Shown: one piece after another, positions 10,821-19,035 of the stretch
Numbering within the stretch: position 1 is the first letter of the stretch
Layout: every line of letters begins with the position of its first letter
NCBI GenBank assembly: GCA_019310965.1
Contig: JAFDDG010000030.1
Location: 2,390-66,389 of the forward strand
Source: Deltaproteobacteria bacterium
GTDB lineage: Bacteria > Myxococcota_A > UBA9160 > SMWR01
Length of the DNA stretch: 64,000 nucleotides
Direction of reading: 5' to 3'
Program-made: the position numbers and the translations under genes
The notes under the pieces: model-generated
The model's database searches: none
The model's input: the letters and a program-made list of their open reading frames with translations, nothing else
Told to the model about the DNA's origin: nothing

Positions 10821-11039
10821 ATGAAACGCGCAAATCTTGTGCTTGATGAGGATACCCTCGAAGAGGCAACCCGCCTCTCCGGCGAGAAGACCTACTCGGC
10901 CGCCGTAATGCGCGCGCTCGAAGACTTCGTACGCCGGGCCAAGGCGCGGCAGATCCTCGAGCTTCGAGGCTCGGGCCTGTGGGAGGGAGATCTCCCTGAG
11001 ATGCGCGGAGACAAACGCCGCAAGAAGAAGACGTCGTGA
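10821..11039 (+). CDS. vapB: Type II antitoxin (VapB-like)
   Basis: ATG 10821 in the frame of ORF 9417..11039. The 72-aa product begins MKRANLVLDEDTLEEATRLSGEKTYSAAVMRALEDFVRR. Its stop overlaps the PIN gene start (GTGA). Confidence 0.7.
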   Translation: MKRANLVLDEDTLEEATRLSGEKTYSAAVMRALEDFVRRAKARQILELRGSGLWEGDLPEMRGDKRRKKKTS

Positions 11040-11425
11040 TCCTGGTCGACACCTCGGTCTGGATCGAGGTCTTCCGAGCTCGTCGCCCTCTCGATCTGGA
11101 GGCGAGCGTGGACCTCGACGAGGTCGTGACCTGCCTCCCGATCGTGCAGGAGATTCTCCAGGGATTCCGCGAGGAGAACGCCTACCGAAGAGCCCGCGAC
11201 TCCATGCTCTCGTTTCCGATCGTCGAGTCCCCCCTCGGGAGCGACGTCTTCCTGGACGCCGTCGGTCTCTACCGCGCCGTCCGCCGAAGCGGGAGAACGG
11301 TCCGATCTTCCGTGGACTGCCTCGTCGCGGCCTGCGCGATTCGGCACGACCTCGAAGTGCTGCACCGCGACCGGGATTATGCAGCGCTGGCACGGGTCTC
11401 TGCGCTGCGCCAGCGAACGCCATGA
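11036..11425 (+). CDS. vapC: PIN-domain toxin (VapC-like)
   Basis: ORF 11036..11425. MILVDTSVWIEVF is the PIN N-terminal acidic motif. The later D in DCLVAACAI and HRDRDY match PIN spacing. Confidence 0.8.
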   Translation: MILVDTSVWIEVFRARRPLDLEASVDLDEVVTCLPIVQEILQGFREENAYRRARDSMLSFPIVESPLGSDVFLDAVGLYRAVRRSGRTVRSSVDCLVAACAIRHDLEVLHRDRDYAALARVSALRQRTP

Positions 11426-11505
11426 TCACCGCCTCACCGGCTCGCCCCTAGAATGCCGAGCCGTCGCCCCGGACGGGCTGACCCCCCACACATCACCATA
11501 CTTGA

Positions 11506-11526
11506 TGCTGGTATCATTGCTGGTAT
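11506..11526 (+). promoter_or_regulatory. Direct repeat TGCTGGTAT x2 (candidate promoter/operator of the second TA pair)
   Basis: cttgaTGCTGGTATcatTGCTGGTATtcaac lies 18-38 nt upstream of ATG 11544. It is locally AT-richer than the flanks. Confidence 0.35.
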
Positions 11527-11543
11527 TCAACTAGGCTGTCGGC

Positions 11544-11747
11544 ATGGCGGAGAAGCGCAAGATCACCCTGGAGGTGCCGGCAGACCTGCTGGAACGCGCT
11601 CTCGCCTCGTCGGGCGAAGGCATCACGCAGACGGTGCGGCAGGGGTTGAAGCTGGTCGCCGCCGGACGCGCCTACGAGGAGCTGCGGCGGCTGCGCGGCA
11701 AAGTGAAGCTCGGCATCGACCTGGAAGCCCTGCGCGAGGACCGGTGA
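11544..11747 (+). CDS. Type II antitoxin (second pair)
   Basis: ORF 11544..11747, 67 aa, beginning MAEKRKITLEVPADLLERAL. Its stop overlaps the downstream PIN gene start. Confidence 0.6.
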   Translation: MAEKRKITLEVPADLLERALASSGEGITQTVRQGLKLVAAGRAYEELRRLRGKVKLGIDLEALREDR

Positions 11748-12127
11748 TCGCGGTCGACACCAGCTCCTGGATCGCCTTCTTCTCCGATCGCGACTCGCCG
11801 GGCGACGACACGGCACTCGTGGAGAGCGCGCTCGCAGACCACCAGGCTTGCTTGCCTCCGGTCGTCCTGACCGAGTTGCTGAGTGATCCGAAGCTCCCGC
11901 GCGCACTCGCCTCGCTCTTCCTGCAGCTCCCGCTCCTCGAAAGCGAGCCGGGCTTCTGGGAACGCGCCGGACGCTTGCGAGCCAAGCTGATCACGCGACG
12001 CCGCCGGGCCCGTCTGGCGGACACCCTCATCGCGCAGAGCTGCCTGGATCACGGCGTCCGTCTCGTGACCCGAGACGACGACTTCCGTCATTACGCTCGC
12101 CTCGGGGGCCTGCGACTCGCCCTTTGA
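11744..12127 (+). CDS. vapC: PIN-domain toxin (VapC-like, second pair)
   Basis: GTG 11744 in the frame of ORF 11453..12127. Recognisable strings are VIAVDTSSWIAFF, LPPVVLTELLS, ADTLIAQSCL and VTRDDDF. Confidence 0.78.
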   Translation: MIAVDTSSWIAFFSDRDSPGDDTALVESALADHQACLPPVVLTELLSDPKLPRALASLFLQLPLLESEPGFWERAGRLRAKLITRRRRARLADTLIAQSCLDHGVRLVTRDDDFRHYARLGGLRLAL

Positions 12128-12223
12128 AGAGGGCGAACGAGGGTTGCGCTCTCATCGCAAGGGGAAGGATCCAGCACGCACTGCCCGGGGCTGCTCGGCC
12201 TCGAACGCGATTTCGAATCAGGG

Positions 12224-13117
12224 TCAGCCGAGCGCCTTCAGTGCGATCTCTCCGAGTAGCTCGACCCGCTCGGGGTTGTGACCGTTCACGGGGAGATCCA
12301 CGGTGATTCCGTCCAGTCCCAGGCTAACGGCCTCGGCGATGCGCTCTCCGACCGTGTCCACATCGCCGAAGATCAGCACATTGCGAGCCATCTCCCGGGT
12401 CGCCCCATCCCAGCCCTTGACCTGCGCAATGGCCTCGAGGTCGGCCTCGAGCTCCTCCAGCGTCGGGGCCACGGCGACCATCAGGAGCTTCGTCACCGCG
12501 ATCTCCGAGCGGTCGCGTCCGAGTCGGTCGCAGTGCTCTGCAAGAACCTCCAGCTTGCGCGGAATGTCCTTCACCTCGCCCAGCAGGTTCGATTCGTCCG
12601 CATACTGCGCGACCATGCGCAGCGTCTTCTTCTCGCCCTGGCCGCCGATCATGATCGGAATCTTCGAGAGCGGCGCGGGGGAGTTCACTGCGTCGACGGC
12701 GGTGTAGTGCTTCCCGTGGAGAGTGGGCTGCTCTCCGCACAGCATCGGCACGATGATATGGAGCGCCTCCTCGAGCTTCTCGAAGCGTTCCGTGAAGGTC
12801 CCGAACTCGAAGCCCAGGGCGAGGTGCTCCGCTTCGAACCAGCCGGCACCGATGCCGAGCGTCGCGCGGCCGTGCGAGACGTGATCGAGGGTCGTGAGGG
12901 TCTTCGCGAGCAGGCCGGGGTTCCGGTAGGTATTGCCCGTGACCAGGGCCGAGAGCCGGACCTTCTCGGTGTGTTGCGCGATCGCCGAGAGCATCGAATA
13001 GCACTCGAACATCGGCTCCTCGGGCGCGCCGATGATGGGCAGCTGATAGAAGTGGTCCATCAGCATCACCCGGTCGTAGCCCGCGGCCTCTCGGTCCTCG
13101 GACGCAGTCGGTCCCAC
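12224..13117 (-). CDS. Luciferase-like monooxygenase (LLM) family oxidoreductase, probably F420- or flavin-dependent; N-terminus looks short
   Basis: ORF 12224..13117. Strings MDHFYQLP, RLSALVTGNTYRNPGLLAK, GRATLGIGAGWFEAEH and IPIMIGGQGEKKTLR are typical of LLM class oxidoreductases. Confidence 0.7.
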   Translation of the reverse strand: MGPTASEDREAAGYDRVMLMDHFYQLPIIGAPEEPMFECYSMLSAIAQHTEKVRLSALVTGNTYRNPGLLAKTLTTLDHVSHGRATLGIGAGWFEAEHLALGFEFGTFTERFEKLEEALHIIVPMLCGEQPTLHGKHYTAVDAVNSPAPLSKIPIMIGGQGEKKTLRMVAQYADESNLLGEVKDIPRKLEVLAEHCDRLGRDRSEIAVTKLLMVAVAPTLEELEADLEAIAQVKGWDGATREMARNVLIFGDVDTVGERIAEAVSLGLDGITVDLPVNGHNPERVELLGEIALKALG

Positions 13118-13154
13118 CGAAGGCAGACGAAAGCGGGGGGCCGTCGAGGTCGTT

Positions 13155-13979
13155 CTAGCTGGCAGCGGCGGGTGCCGCCTGTCTCGCGTTGCGGCATTCC
13201 GTGCAGTGGTAGTCCGGCCGCTCCGCCTCCTTCTCGCTCGGGGTGAGCCGCGTCGCGAACAGGATGTCCATGAAGGCCGTGAAGAAGCCGAAGTTGTGCT
13301 CCGGGCTGCTCGAGTGGTGCTCGTTGTGGTGCCAGGCGGAGACCAGGAAGCGGCTGTGCGGCGAAGGCATCCAGGGCGGATCGAAGCCGGCGTGGAGATA
13401 GATTCCGTAGATGAAGTTCAGCGACGCGAAGGTCCCGATCAGAGCCACGTCCCATATCGGGAAGAGAAAGGGAATCCAGAGGATCGGAGATGCCTTGATG
13501 AACATATCAACCGGGTGATCGGCCATCACGCCGAAGGGCGTCGGGTTCCCGTAGCGATGGTGCTGGCCGTGAACCTTCCGGAGCAGAGCGTTGCGGTGGC
13601 AGACCCAGTGGAAGGCCCACTCGAAGACCTCCATCACGAGGAACACGCCGAAGATGCTCAGCGGGATGTACCAGAGCGGGTGATCGGTGGGCGAAGCATA
13701 GAGGCGGTTGTAGCCGTGGTAGTAGCACCAGAAGGCGATCGCGACGGACCCCATCACCATGGACATCGCGAGCACGCCATCGAAAACTTCGCCCCTCACC
13801 TGCGCCGCGGGCGTGGGCTTGAGCTGGGTCTTGAAGCGCAGCGCAGTCTCGGCGTAGGCGGACCGATGCAGCAGAAAGTAGAGGCCGCCGCAAACCAGCA
13901 GGAACCAGGCTACACCGATCGCAGCCAGGGCGGGCCAGAGGAGATAGAAGGGGAGTCCGTCGAAGAGGTCGAGAAGCAT
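13155..13979 (-). CDS. Fatty acid hydroxylase / sterol desaturase superfamily membrane di-iron enzyme
   Basis: ORF 13155..13979. Three histidine boxes are present: HWVCH, HGQHHRYGNP and WHHNEHH. There are several TM helices. Confidence 0.75.
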   Translation of the reverse strand: MLLDLFDGLPFYLLWPALAAIGVAWFLLVCGGLYFLLHRSAYAETALRFKTQLKPTPAAQVRGEVFDGVLAMSMVMGSVAIAFWCYYHGYNRLYASPTDHPLWYIPLSIFGVFLVMEVFEWAFHWVCHRNALLRKVHGQHHRYGNPTPFGVMADHPVDMFIKASPILWIPFLFPIWDVALIGTFASLNFIYGIYLHAGFDPPWMPSPHSRFLVSAWHHNEHHSSSPEHNFGFFTAFMDILFATRLTPSEKEAERPDYHCTECRNARQAAPAAAS

Positions 13980-14051
13980 GTCGGGAGGATAACTGCCCGA
14001 ATGCGGCGAGCAATTCCGTGCGCCGGATGTCGAGCCGTCCCTTCGACTCGC

Positions 14052-14516
14052 TCAGGCGTTCGCATTCCAGTCGGCGATCAGCGTCTCTATCGTGACGTCC
14101 ATCACGGGCTTCATGTCCTCGTCGTACAACTCGTAGAGGATCCCGTCGCTGGCGTGACAGCCAAAGAAGGCGATCCCGCCCTCGTCTCCCCCTCGCTCGA
14201 GGTGCGGCAGTGGCGCATCCACCGTCAGCGCGTAGTCGCCGGCGCATCGCACCTTGGGCTCGGCGCGAGTTCCGTCCGGATGGATGTCCCACAGATGCTG
14301 TTCGCCCTCGAACACGAGGACGGTCGTGGTCGCGATGTGTCGATGGACCGGGCAATGACCGCCGTCGCCCTCCCACCGCACCACCATGTCGAGGGTGCCG
14401 GCGGCCAGGTCGTGACCGAGGATCGTGTATTCGTGGCTCACCTTGTAGGAAAGCCCGGGGTCGCCCGTCACCTTCCGCCACTTGTGACGCGCGGGATCGA
14501 AGAAGCTCTGGGCCAT
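14052..14516 (-). CDS. Cupin-domain protein
   Basis: ATG 14516 with an aaggaggg RBS, inside ORF 14052..14561. HCPVHRHIATTTVLVFEGEQ resembles a cupin metal motif. Confidence 0.5.
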   Translation of the reverse strand: MAQSFFDPARHKWRKVTGDPGLSYKVSHEYTILGHDLAAGTLDMVVRWEGDGGHCPVHRHIATTTVLVFEGEQHLWDIHPDGTRAEPKVRCAGDYALTVDAPLPHLERGGDEGGIAFFGCHASDGILYELYDEDMKPVMDVTIETLIADWNANA

Positions 14517-14618
14517 TGCAGGACCCTCCTTGGTTGAATCGTCCGTTTCAGTCACGAGCACCGAGCGCCTTCGCTCCGTTGTCGACCGGGGGCGGCGAAG
14601 CGCTGCGGCGAACGGGCT

Positions 14619-16451
14619 CTAGCGCAGCTCCAGCCCCTTCATCCCGCCGCCGGCGCGAACCTCCTCGAGAATCTCCGCGAACTCCCCTGGCCCGCCGAAG
14701 AAGAAGCCGTTCTGGCTGCTCTCCGGCCCAGGCTGGCCTTCGTTGTTGTAGTAGCTGGGTGTGCAGGTCGTCTGGAAATCGCCCGTGGTGTTGGAAAGAC
14801 GGATCACCGCGTCGACCCACTCGGCCTCGGCTTCGGCCGTGACCTCGAGCGACTGGATGCCCTGCTCGATGGCACGCTTGATGATGAAGCCGATGTGCGT
14901 GCCCGACTCACCGAGCCCGTGCGTAAAGTTCACGGTGAAGCCAGACTGCACGATGCTCACGATGAAGAAGCAGTTGGGAAAGCCGTGCGCCTGCATGCCG
15001 TGCAGCGTGCGCACGCCGTCGGCCCACTTGTCCGTCAATTTCTGACCGCCCCGCCCGACGGTCTCGTAGCCGGCCCGCCGCGGGTAGCTGGTCCCGACCT
15101 CGAAGCCGCTGGCGTAGATCAGGCAGTCGAGCTCGTACTCCCGTCCGTCGACGACCACGCCCTTCTCCGTCACCCGCTCCACGCCCTTGCCCTGGGTTTC
15201 CACGAGCGTGACGTTGTCGCGGTTGAAGGTCGGGAGGTACTCGTTGTGGAAGCACGGGCGCTTGCAGAACTGACGGTAGTAGGGCTTGAGGGCTTCCGCC
15301 GTCTCCGGGTCGTCCACCAGGGAGTCCACGCGGGCGCGGATCTGCTCCATCTTCTCGAAGTCAGCCAGCTCCATGATCTTCGCCAGGGCTTCCGGCGACG
15401 TGTCGGAGTCGCCCCCCTGCTGAAACTCGGCGAGGAGCTTGCGAATGACGTCGGTCCAGCCGTCGTTCACCAGATCCTCTGCCTGGAAGCCGCCGGCGGT
15501 GAGGAGCTTGAAGTTCTCCATTCGTTCCCGGTGCCAACCGGGCTGCAGGCTCTTCGCCCACTCCGGGTCGGTGAGATCGTTTTTCTTCACGTCGATCGAC
15601 GACGGCGTGCGCTGGAACACGTAGAGGTGTTCTGCCGCCTCGCCCACGTGCGGCACGCATTGCACCGCCGTTGCGCCGGTGCCGATGATGCCGACGCGCT
15701 TGCCCTTCAGCCCCGTCAGGTTCCCATCGGAATCACCGCCTGTGTAGTCGTAGTCCCAGCGGCTGGCGTGGAAGGCGTGGCCCTTGAAATCCTCGATGCC
15801 GGGGATGCCGGGCAGCTTCGGTTGGTTGAGGACGCCAATCGCCATGCACACGAAGTGGGCCTTCATTCGATCACCACGATCCGTCGTGATGATCCAGCGG
15901 GAGGCATCCTCGTCCCAGCGCACCTCCGTCACCTTGGTCTGGAAGCACGTATTCCGGTAGAGATCGTACTTCTTCGCGATCCTCTGACAGTGCTCGAGGA
16001 TCTCGGCCCCGGTGACGTACTTCTGCTTTGGCATGTAGTCGGTTTCTTCGAGCAGTGGCAAATAGATGTAGGACTCGATGTCGCAGGCCACGCCGGGGTA
16101 GCGGTTCCAGTACCAGGTGCCGCCGAAATCGCCGGCACTGTCGATGAAGCGGATGTCCTCGACGCCTTGATCGCGCAGCTCCGCGCCGACCAGCAGTCCG
16201 CCGAATCCGCCCCCGATCACCGCCACCTCGACCTCGTCCGTCAGCGGCTCGCGGCTGATGCTGGACTCGGCGTGGGGATCTTCCACGAAGTGCGCGTAGG
16301 CACCCTTGACCTCGATATACTGCTCGTTGGCATCATTGCGCAGGCGCTTTTCCCGCTCCTCGCGGTACTTCTCGCGCAGCGCGTCCGCGTCGTATCCGGG
16401 CCCGCCCGCCTCGGAAGCGGTCTGCGTAGAATCGTCGTTCTCGGTTGCCAT
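14619..16451 (-). CDS. Type I Baeyer-Villiger monooxygenase (FAD/NADPH)
   Basis: ORF 14619..16451. GGGFGG is the FAD-binding motif. The BVMO fingerprint FxGxxxHxxxWD is present as FKGHAFHASRWD. The second Rossmann motif is IGTGATAVQ. Confidence 0.85.
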   Translation of the reverse strand: MATENDDSTQTASEAGGPGYDADALREKYREEREKRLRNDANEQYIEVKGAYAHFVEDPHAESSISREPLTDEVEVAVIGGGFGGLLVGAELRDQGVEDIRFIDSAGDFGGTWYWNRYPGVACDIESYIYLPLLEETDYMPKQKYVTGAEILEHCQRIAKKYDLYRNTCFQTKVTEVRWDEDASRWIITTDRGDRMKAHFVCMAIGVLNQPKLPGIPGIEDFKGHAFHASRWDYDYTGGDSDGNLTGLKGKRVGIIGTGATAVQCVPHVGEAAEHLYVFQRTPSSIDVKKNDLTDPEWAKSLQPGWHRERMENFKLLTAGGFQAEDLVNDGWTDVIRKLLAEFQQGGDSDTSPEALAKIMELADFEKMEQIRARVDSLVDDPETAEALKPYYRQFCKRPCFHNEYLPTFNRDNVTLVETQGKGVERVTEKGVVVDGREYELDCLIYASGFEVGTSYPRRAGYETVGRGGQKLTDKWADGVRTLHGMQAHGFPNCFFIVSIVQSGFTVNFTHGLGESGTHIGFIIKRAIEQGIQSLEVTAEAEAEWVDAVIRLSNTTGDFQTTCTPSYYNNEGQPGPESSQNGFFFGGPGEFAEILEEVRAGGGMKGLELR

Positions 16452-16502
16452 GCCCTCGCCTTCTTAGTTTGTCGCCGGTCGGGCGACAATACCACGAACG
16501 GC

Positions 16503-18158
16503 TCAGAGATCTTCGATGCGGATGACGTGGTTCGGGCAGTAGCGGGCCGCCAGCTCGGCCTTCTTGCGCAGCTGCTTGCGCGGTGTCTCGTCCTTCACGT
16601 GCACCCGCTCGTCGGGACCCAGCTCGAAGATCTCGGGCGCCTCGCCGGTGCAGACCGCGTGCCCCTGACACAGGTCGGCATCCACGCAGACCCGGAACGG
16701 CAGCGCCGCCTCCTCTGCCTGCTCGCGCTGCTGAACTCGCTCCGCACTCGCAGCGCTGACCGCGCCGGCCTTGCGCGGACGGTGACGCACACGACACGGC
16801 TGCTTCAGGTGCACGACCATCTTCGAATGGTCGTCGACGTAGCTCTCGGAGGGCTGGGCGAACTCGAACTCGAAACGTCGCAGCATCAGGCTGAAGATGC
16901 CCTTCATCTGCATCAGCGCAAAAGCCGAGCCGATGCACTTGTGCCGGCCGCCTCCGAATGAAATCCAGGACCACGGGTTGCGCGCATCCTCGCGGCGATC
17001 GTCGCTGTAGCGCTCTGGATCGAATCGATCCGGCTCGGGAAAGATGTTGGGATCCCGATTGGAGACGGCCGGCGAGACGGCCACCAGGTCGCCGGCCTTG
17101 ACCGTGAAGTTCTTGAAGTGGAAGTCGTGCATCACCTTTCGCATCAGGATGATGAGCGGTGGGTGCATGCGCAGCGTCTCCTTGAGCACTCCCTCCAGCA
17201 GCGGGATCTCGCGCAGCGACTGGAAGCTCACCTGACGCCCATCGGCGTAGATGGCGTCGAGCTCTTCGACGACGCGCGCCATGACCTCCGGGTTTCGCAG
17301 CAGCTCGATGAGGGCCCAAGAGGCGGCGCCCTGGCTGGTGTGGTGGCCGGCCAACATCATCCCGATGATCATGCCGGTGATCTCGGAGCGGCTGTACCGC
17401 TTGTCGCCATTCTCGTTGATGAGTGAGTCCATGGCCTGCAGGAGATCCCGGCAGCGCCTGCCCTCCTCCTCGCGCGTGTCGAGGATCTCGGTGATCAGCT
17501 CGACGAGCTTGATGCGTGCCGCGTCGCGGGCGTGGAAGGAGGGGATGTCCATGTAGGGGTCGACGTAGGCGTAGGCGTCCGTGCCGCGCTCGAGATCTTG
17601 AAAGGCCGTCGCGAACTCGCTGCCCTTCTGGGCCAGGTCGTCGCGGAATTCCTGTCCGATCAGGGTGGCGGTCGAGGTGTAGGTGGTGAGCTCCCCGAAG
17701 AACTCGAGCAGGTCGAAATCATCCGAGCCCTGCAGGCGTTCGCACATCGCTTCGGTTTCGGCATTGATCACATCGGCGTGACGCCGCATGTATTCGTCGC
17801 GCAGGGCACGCGTGCGGATCGCATTCTTGCGCTGCTCTACCGGGAGGTCGAAGATGACGCCCGGGCCGAAGATCGGCTTCATGAAGGGATAGGCCGCCCC
17901 CTGGTCGAGCTGCTCGTCCGGCGCACGGAAGAACAGCTCCTGCGCCTCGGGCCCGTAGAGCAGGGTGATGTGGGTGCCCGCCAGGTTGATCTCGCCGACC
18001 TCGCCGCACTCGTTGCGCACCCGCCAGAAGAGCTCGACCGGCGCGGTGCGGAATTCTTCCAGGTGACCCACGTCGGGCTGCTCGTTCGAGAGACGCGGCG
18101 GAGCCTGTCCCCCGGGATGGCTGGCATGGGCGGCGCTGGCGACTGTCTTCTCGGGCAT
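16503..18158 (-). CDS. cyp51: CYP51-like cytochrome P450 fused to a C-terminal 3Fe-4S-type ferredoxin
   Basis: ATG 18158 with a GGAGGAG RBS, inside ORF 16503..18188. The product is collinear with M. tuberculosis CYP51 as I recall it: AGHHTSQGAASWALIEL, LKETLRMHPPLIILMR, FGGGRHKCIGSAF, DHSKMVVHLKQP. The tail carries CQGHAVC...YCP. Confidence 0.8.
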   Translation of the reverse strand: MPEKTVASAAHASHPGGQAPPRLSNEQPDVGHLEEFRTAPVELFWRVRNECGEVGEINLAGTHITLLYGPEAQELFFRAPDEQLDQGAAYPFMKPIFGPGVIFDLPVEQRKNAIRTRALRDEYMRRHADVINAETEAMCERLQGSDDFDLLEFFGELTTYTSTATLIGQEFRDDLAQKGSEFATAFQDLERGTDAYAYVDPYMDIPSFHARDAARIKLVELITEILDTREEEGRRCRDLLQAMDSLINENGDKRYSRSEITGMIIGMMLAGHHTSQGAASWALIELLRNPEVMARVVEELDAIYADGRQVSFQSLREIPLLEGVLKETLRMHPPLIILMRKVMHDFHFKNFTVKAGDLVAVSPAVSNRDPNIFPEPDRFDPERYSDDRREDARNPWSWISFGGGRHKCIGSAFALMQMKGIFSLMLRRFEFEFAQPSESYVDDHSKMVVHLKQPCRVRHRPRKAGAVSAASAERVQQREQAEEAALPFRVCVDADLCQGHAVCTGEAPEIFELGPDERVHVKDETPRKQLRKKAELAARYCPNHVIRIEDL

Positions 18159-18207
18159 CGGCTCTCCTCCTCTGGGATGGGAATCCATGCTATACCATTT
18201 ATCTGCG

Positions 18208-18220
18208 TTGTAAATTGTAA
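18208..18220. promoter_or_regulatory. AT-rich TTGTAA direct repeat in the cyp51/tetR divergent intergenic region (candidate operator/promoter)
   Basis: ttgtaaattgtaa sits in a 139-nt intergenic region. It is flanked at a distance by GGGATGGG (18174..18181) and its complement CCCATCCC (18246..18253). Confidence 0.3.
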
Positions 18221-18297
18221 TTTTGCCCCGTGGACCTGGAGAAGCCCCATCCCCTCTGAGATGGCCCCCGGGACTCGGAGCAGAGCGCGAGGCAGGA

Positions 18298-18936
18298 ATG
18301 AGCGAGCGGCTGGAGATTCCCCGGACTCAGCGGAAGCGGCGCAGCCACGCCGAGCGGAGCGCCGAGACCCAGAGCCGGATCAAGCGCGCCGTGGTCGAGG
18401 CCATTGCCGACCTCGGCTTCCACCGGACCACGGCGGCAGAGATCAGCCGCCGTGCGGGCGTGAGCTGGGGAGCGGCGCAGCATCATTTCGGCGACAAGGA
18501 CGGCATCCTGATCGCGGTGCTCGTCGACTCGTTCAACCGCTTCGCCGAGCGGCTCGCGAGCATCGCCGTCGAGGGCGCCCCGCTCGAAGAACGCGTGGCA
18601 ACCTTCGTCGACGCCGCGTGGGAGCACTTCGCAAGTCCCCACTACCGCTGCACGTTCGAGATCCTGCTCAACATGCCGTCTCCCGATTGGGCTTCGCGAG
18701 AGCTTCCGCTGCGGGATGCGACCCTCGACGCCTGGCGCAGCATCTGGCATCGCTTCTTCGGCGATGCGGGCCTGACGCCGCGCAAGACCGTCGCCGTGCA
18801 GTACTACACGATCTCGGTCCTGTCCGGCCTCGCGGCCATGAAGCGGTTCGAGGGCCCCACGGCGGAACGCCATCGCATCGAGCTCGGCCTCCTCGAGGAC
18901 ACTCTCGTTCGCGAGCTCGGTCGCGGGAGCGATTGA
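18298..18936 (+). CDS. TetR-family transcriptional regulator
   Basis: ATG 18298 in ORF 18223..18936. The N-terminal HTH is TQSRIKRAVVEAIADLGFHRTTAAEISRRAGVSWGAAQHHFGDKDGIL. Confidence 0.85.
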   Translation: MSERLEIPRTQRKRRSHAERSAETQSRIKRAVVEAIADLGFHRTTAAEISRRAGVSWGAAQHHFGDKDGILIAVLVDSFNRFAERLASIAVEGAPLEERVATFVDAAWEHFASPHYRCTFEILLNMPSPDWASRELPLRDATLDAWRSIWHRFFGDAGLTPRKTVAVQYYTISVLSGLAAMKRFEGPTAERHRIELGLLEDTLVRELGRGSD

Positions 18937-19035
18937 GCGTCAGCGACGAGCCGCCGAGTAGCCCCGCACGGCCTTCGCAGGCGCCACCGGCTTGCCCGCA
19001 GCACGCAGCGGTGCGCGCCACCGACCGCCGTGCCC

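Noticed and set aside
11387-11405. A TGGCAC hexamer (ctggcacgggtctctgcgc) as a possible sigma-54 promoter.
   Set aside because: It lies inside the vapC coding sequence, and the -12 region (TCTGC) does not match TTGC(A/T).
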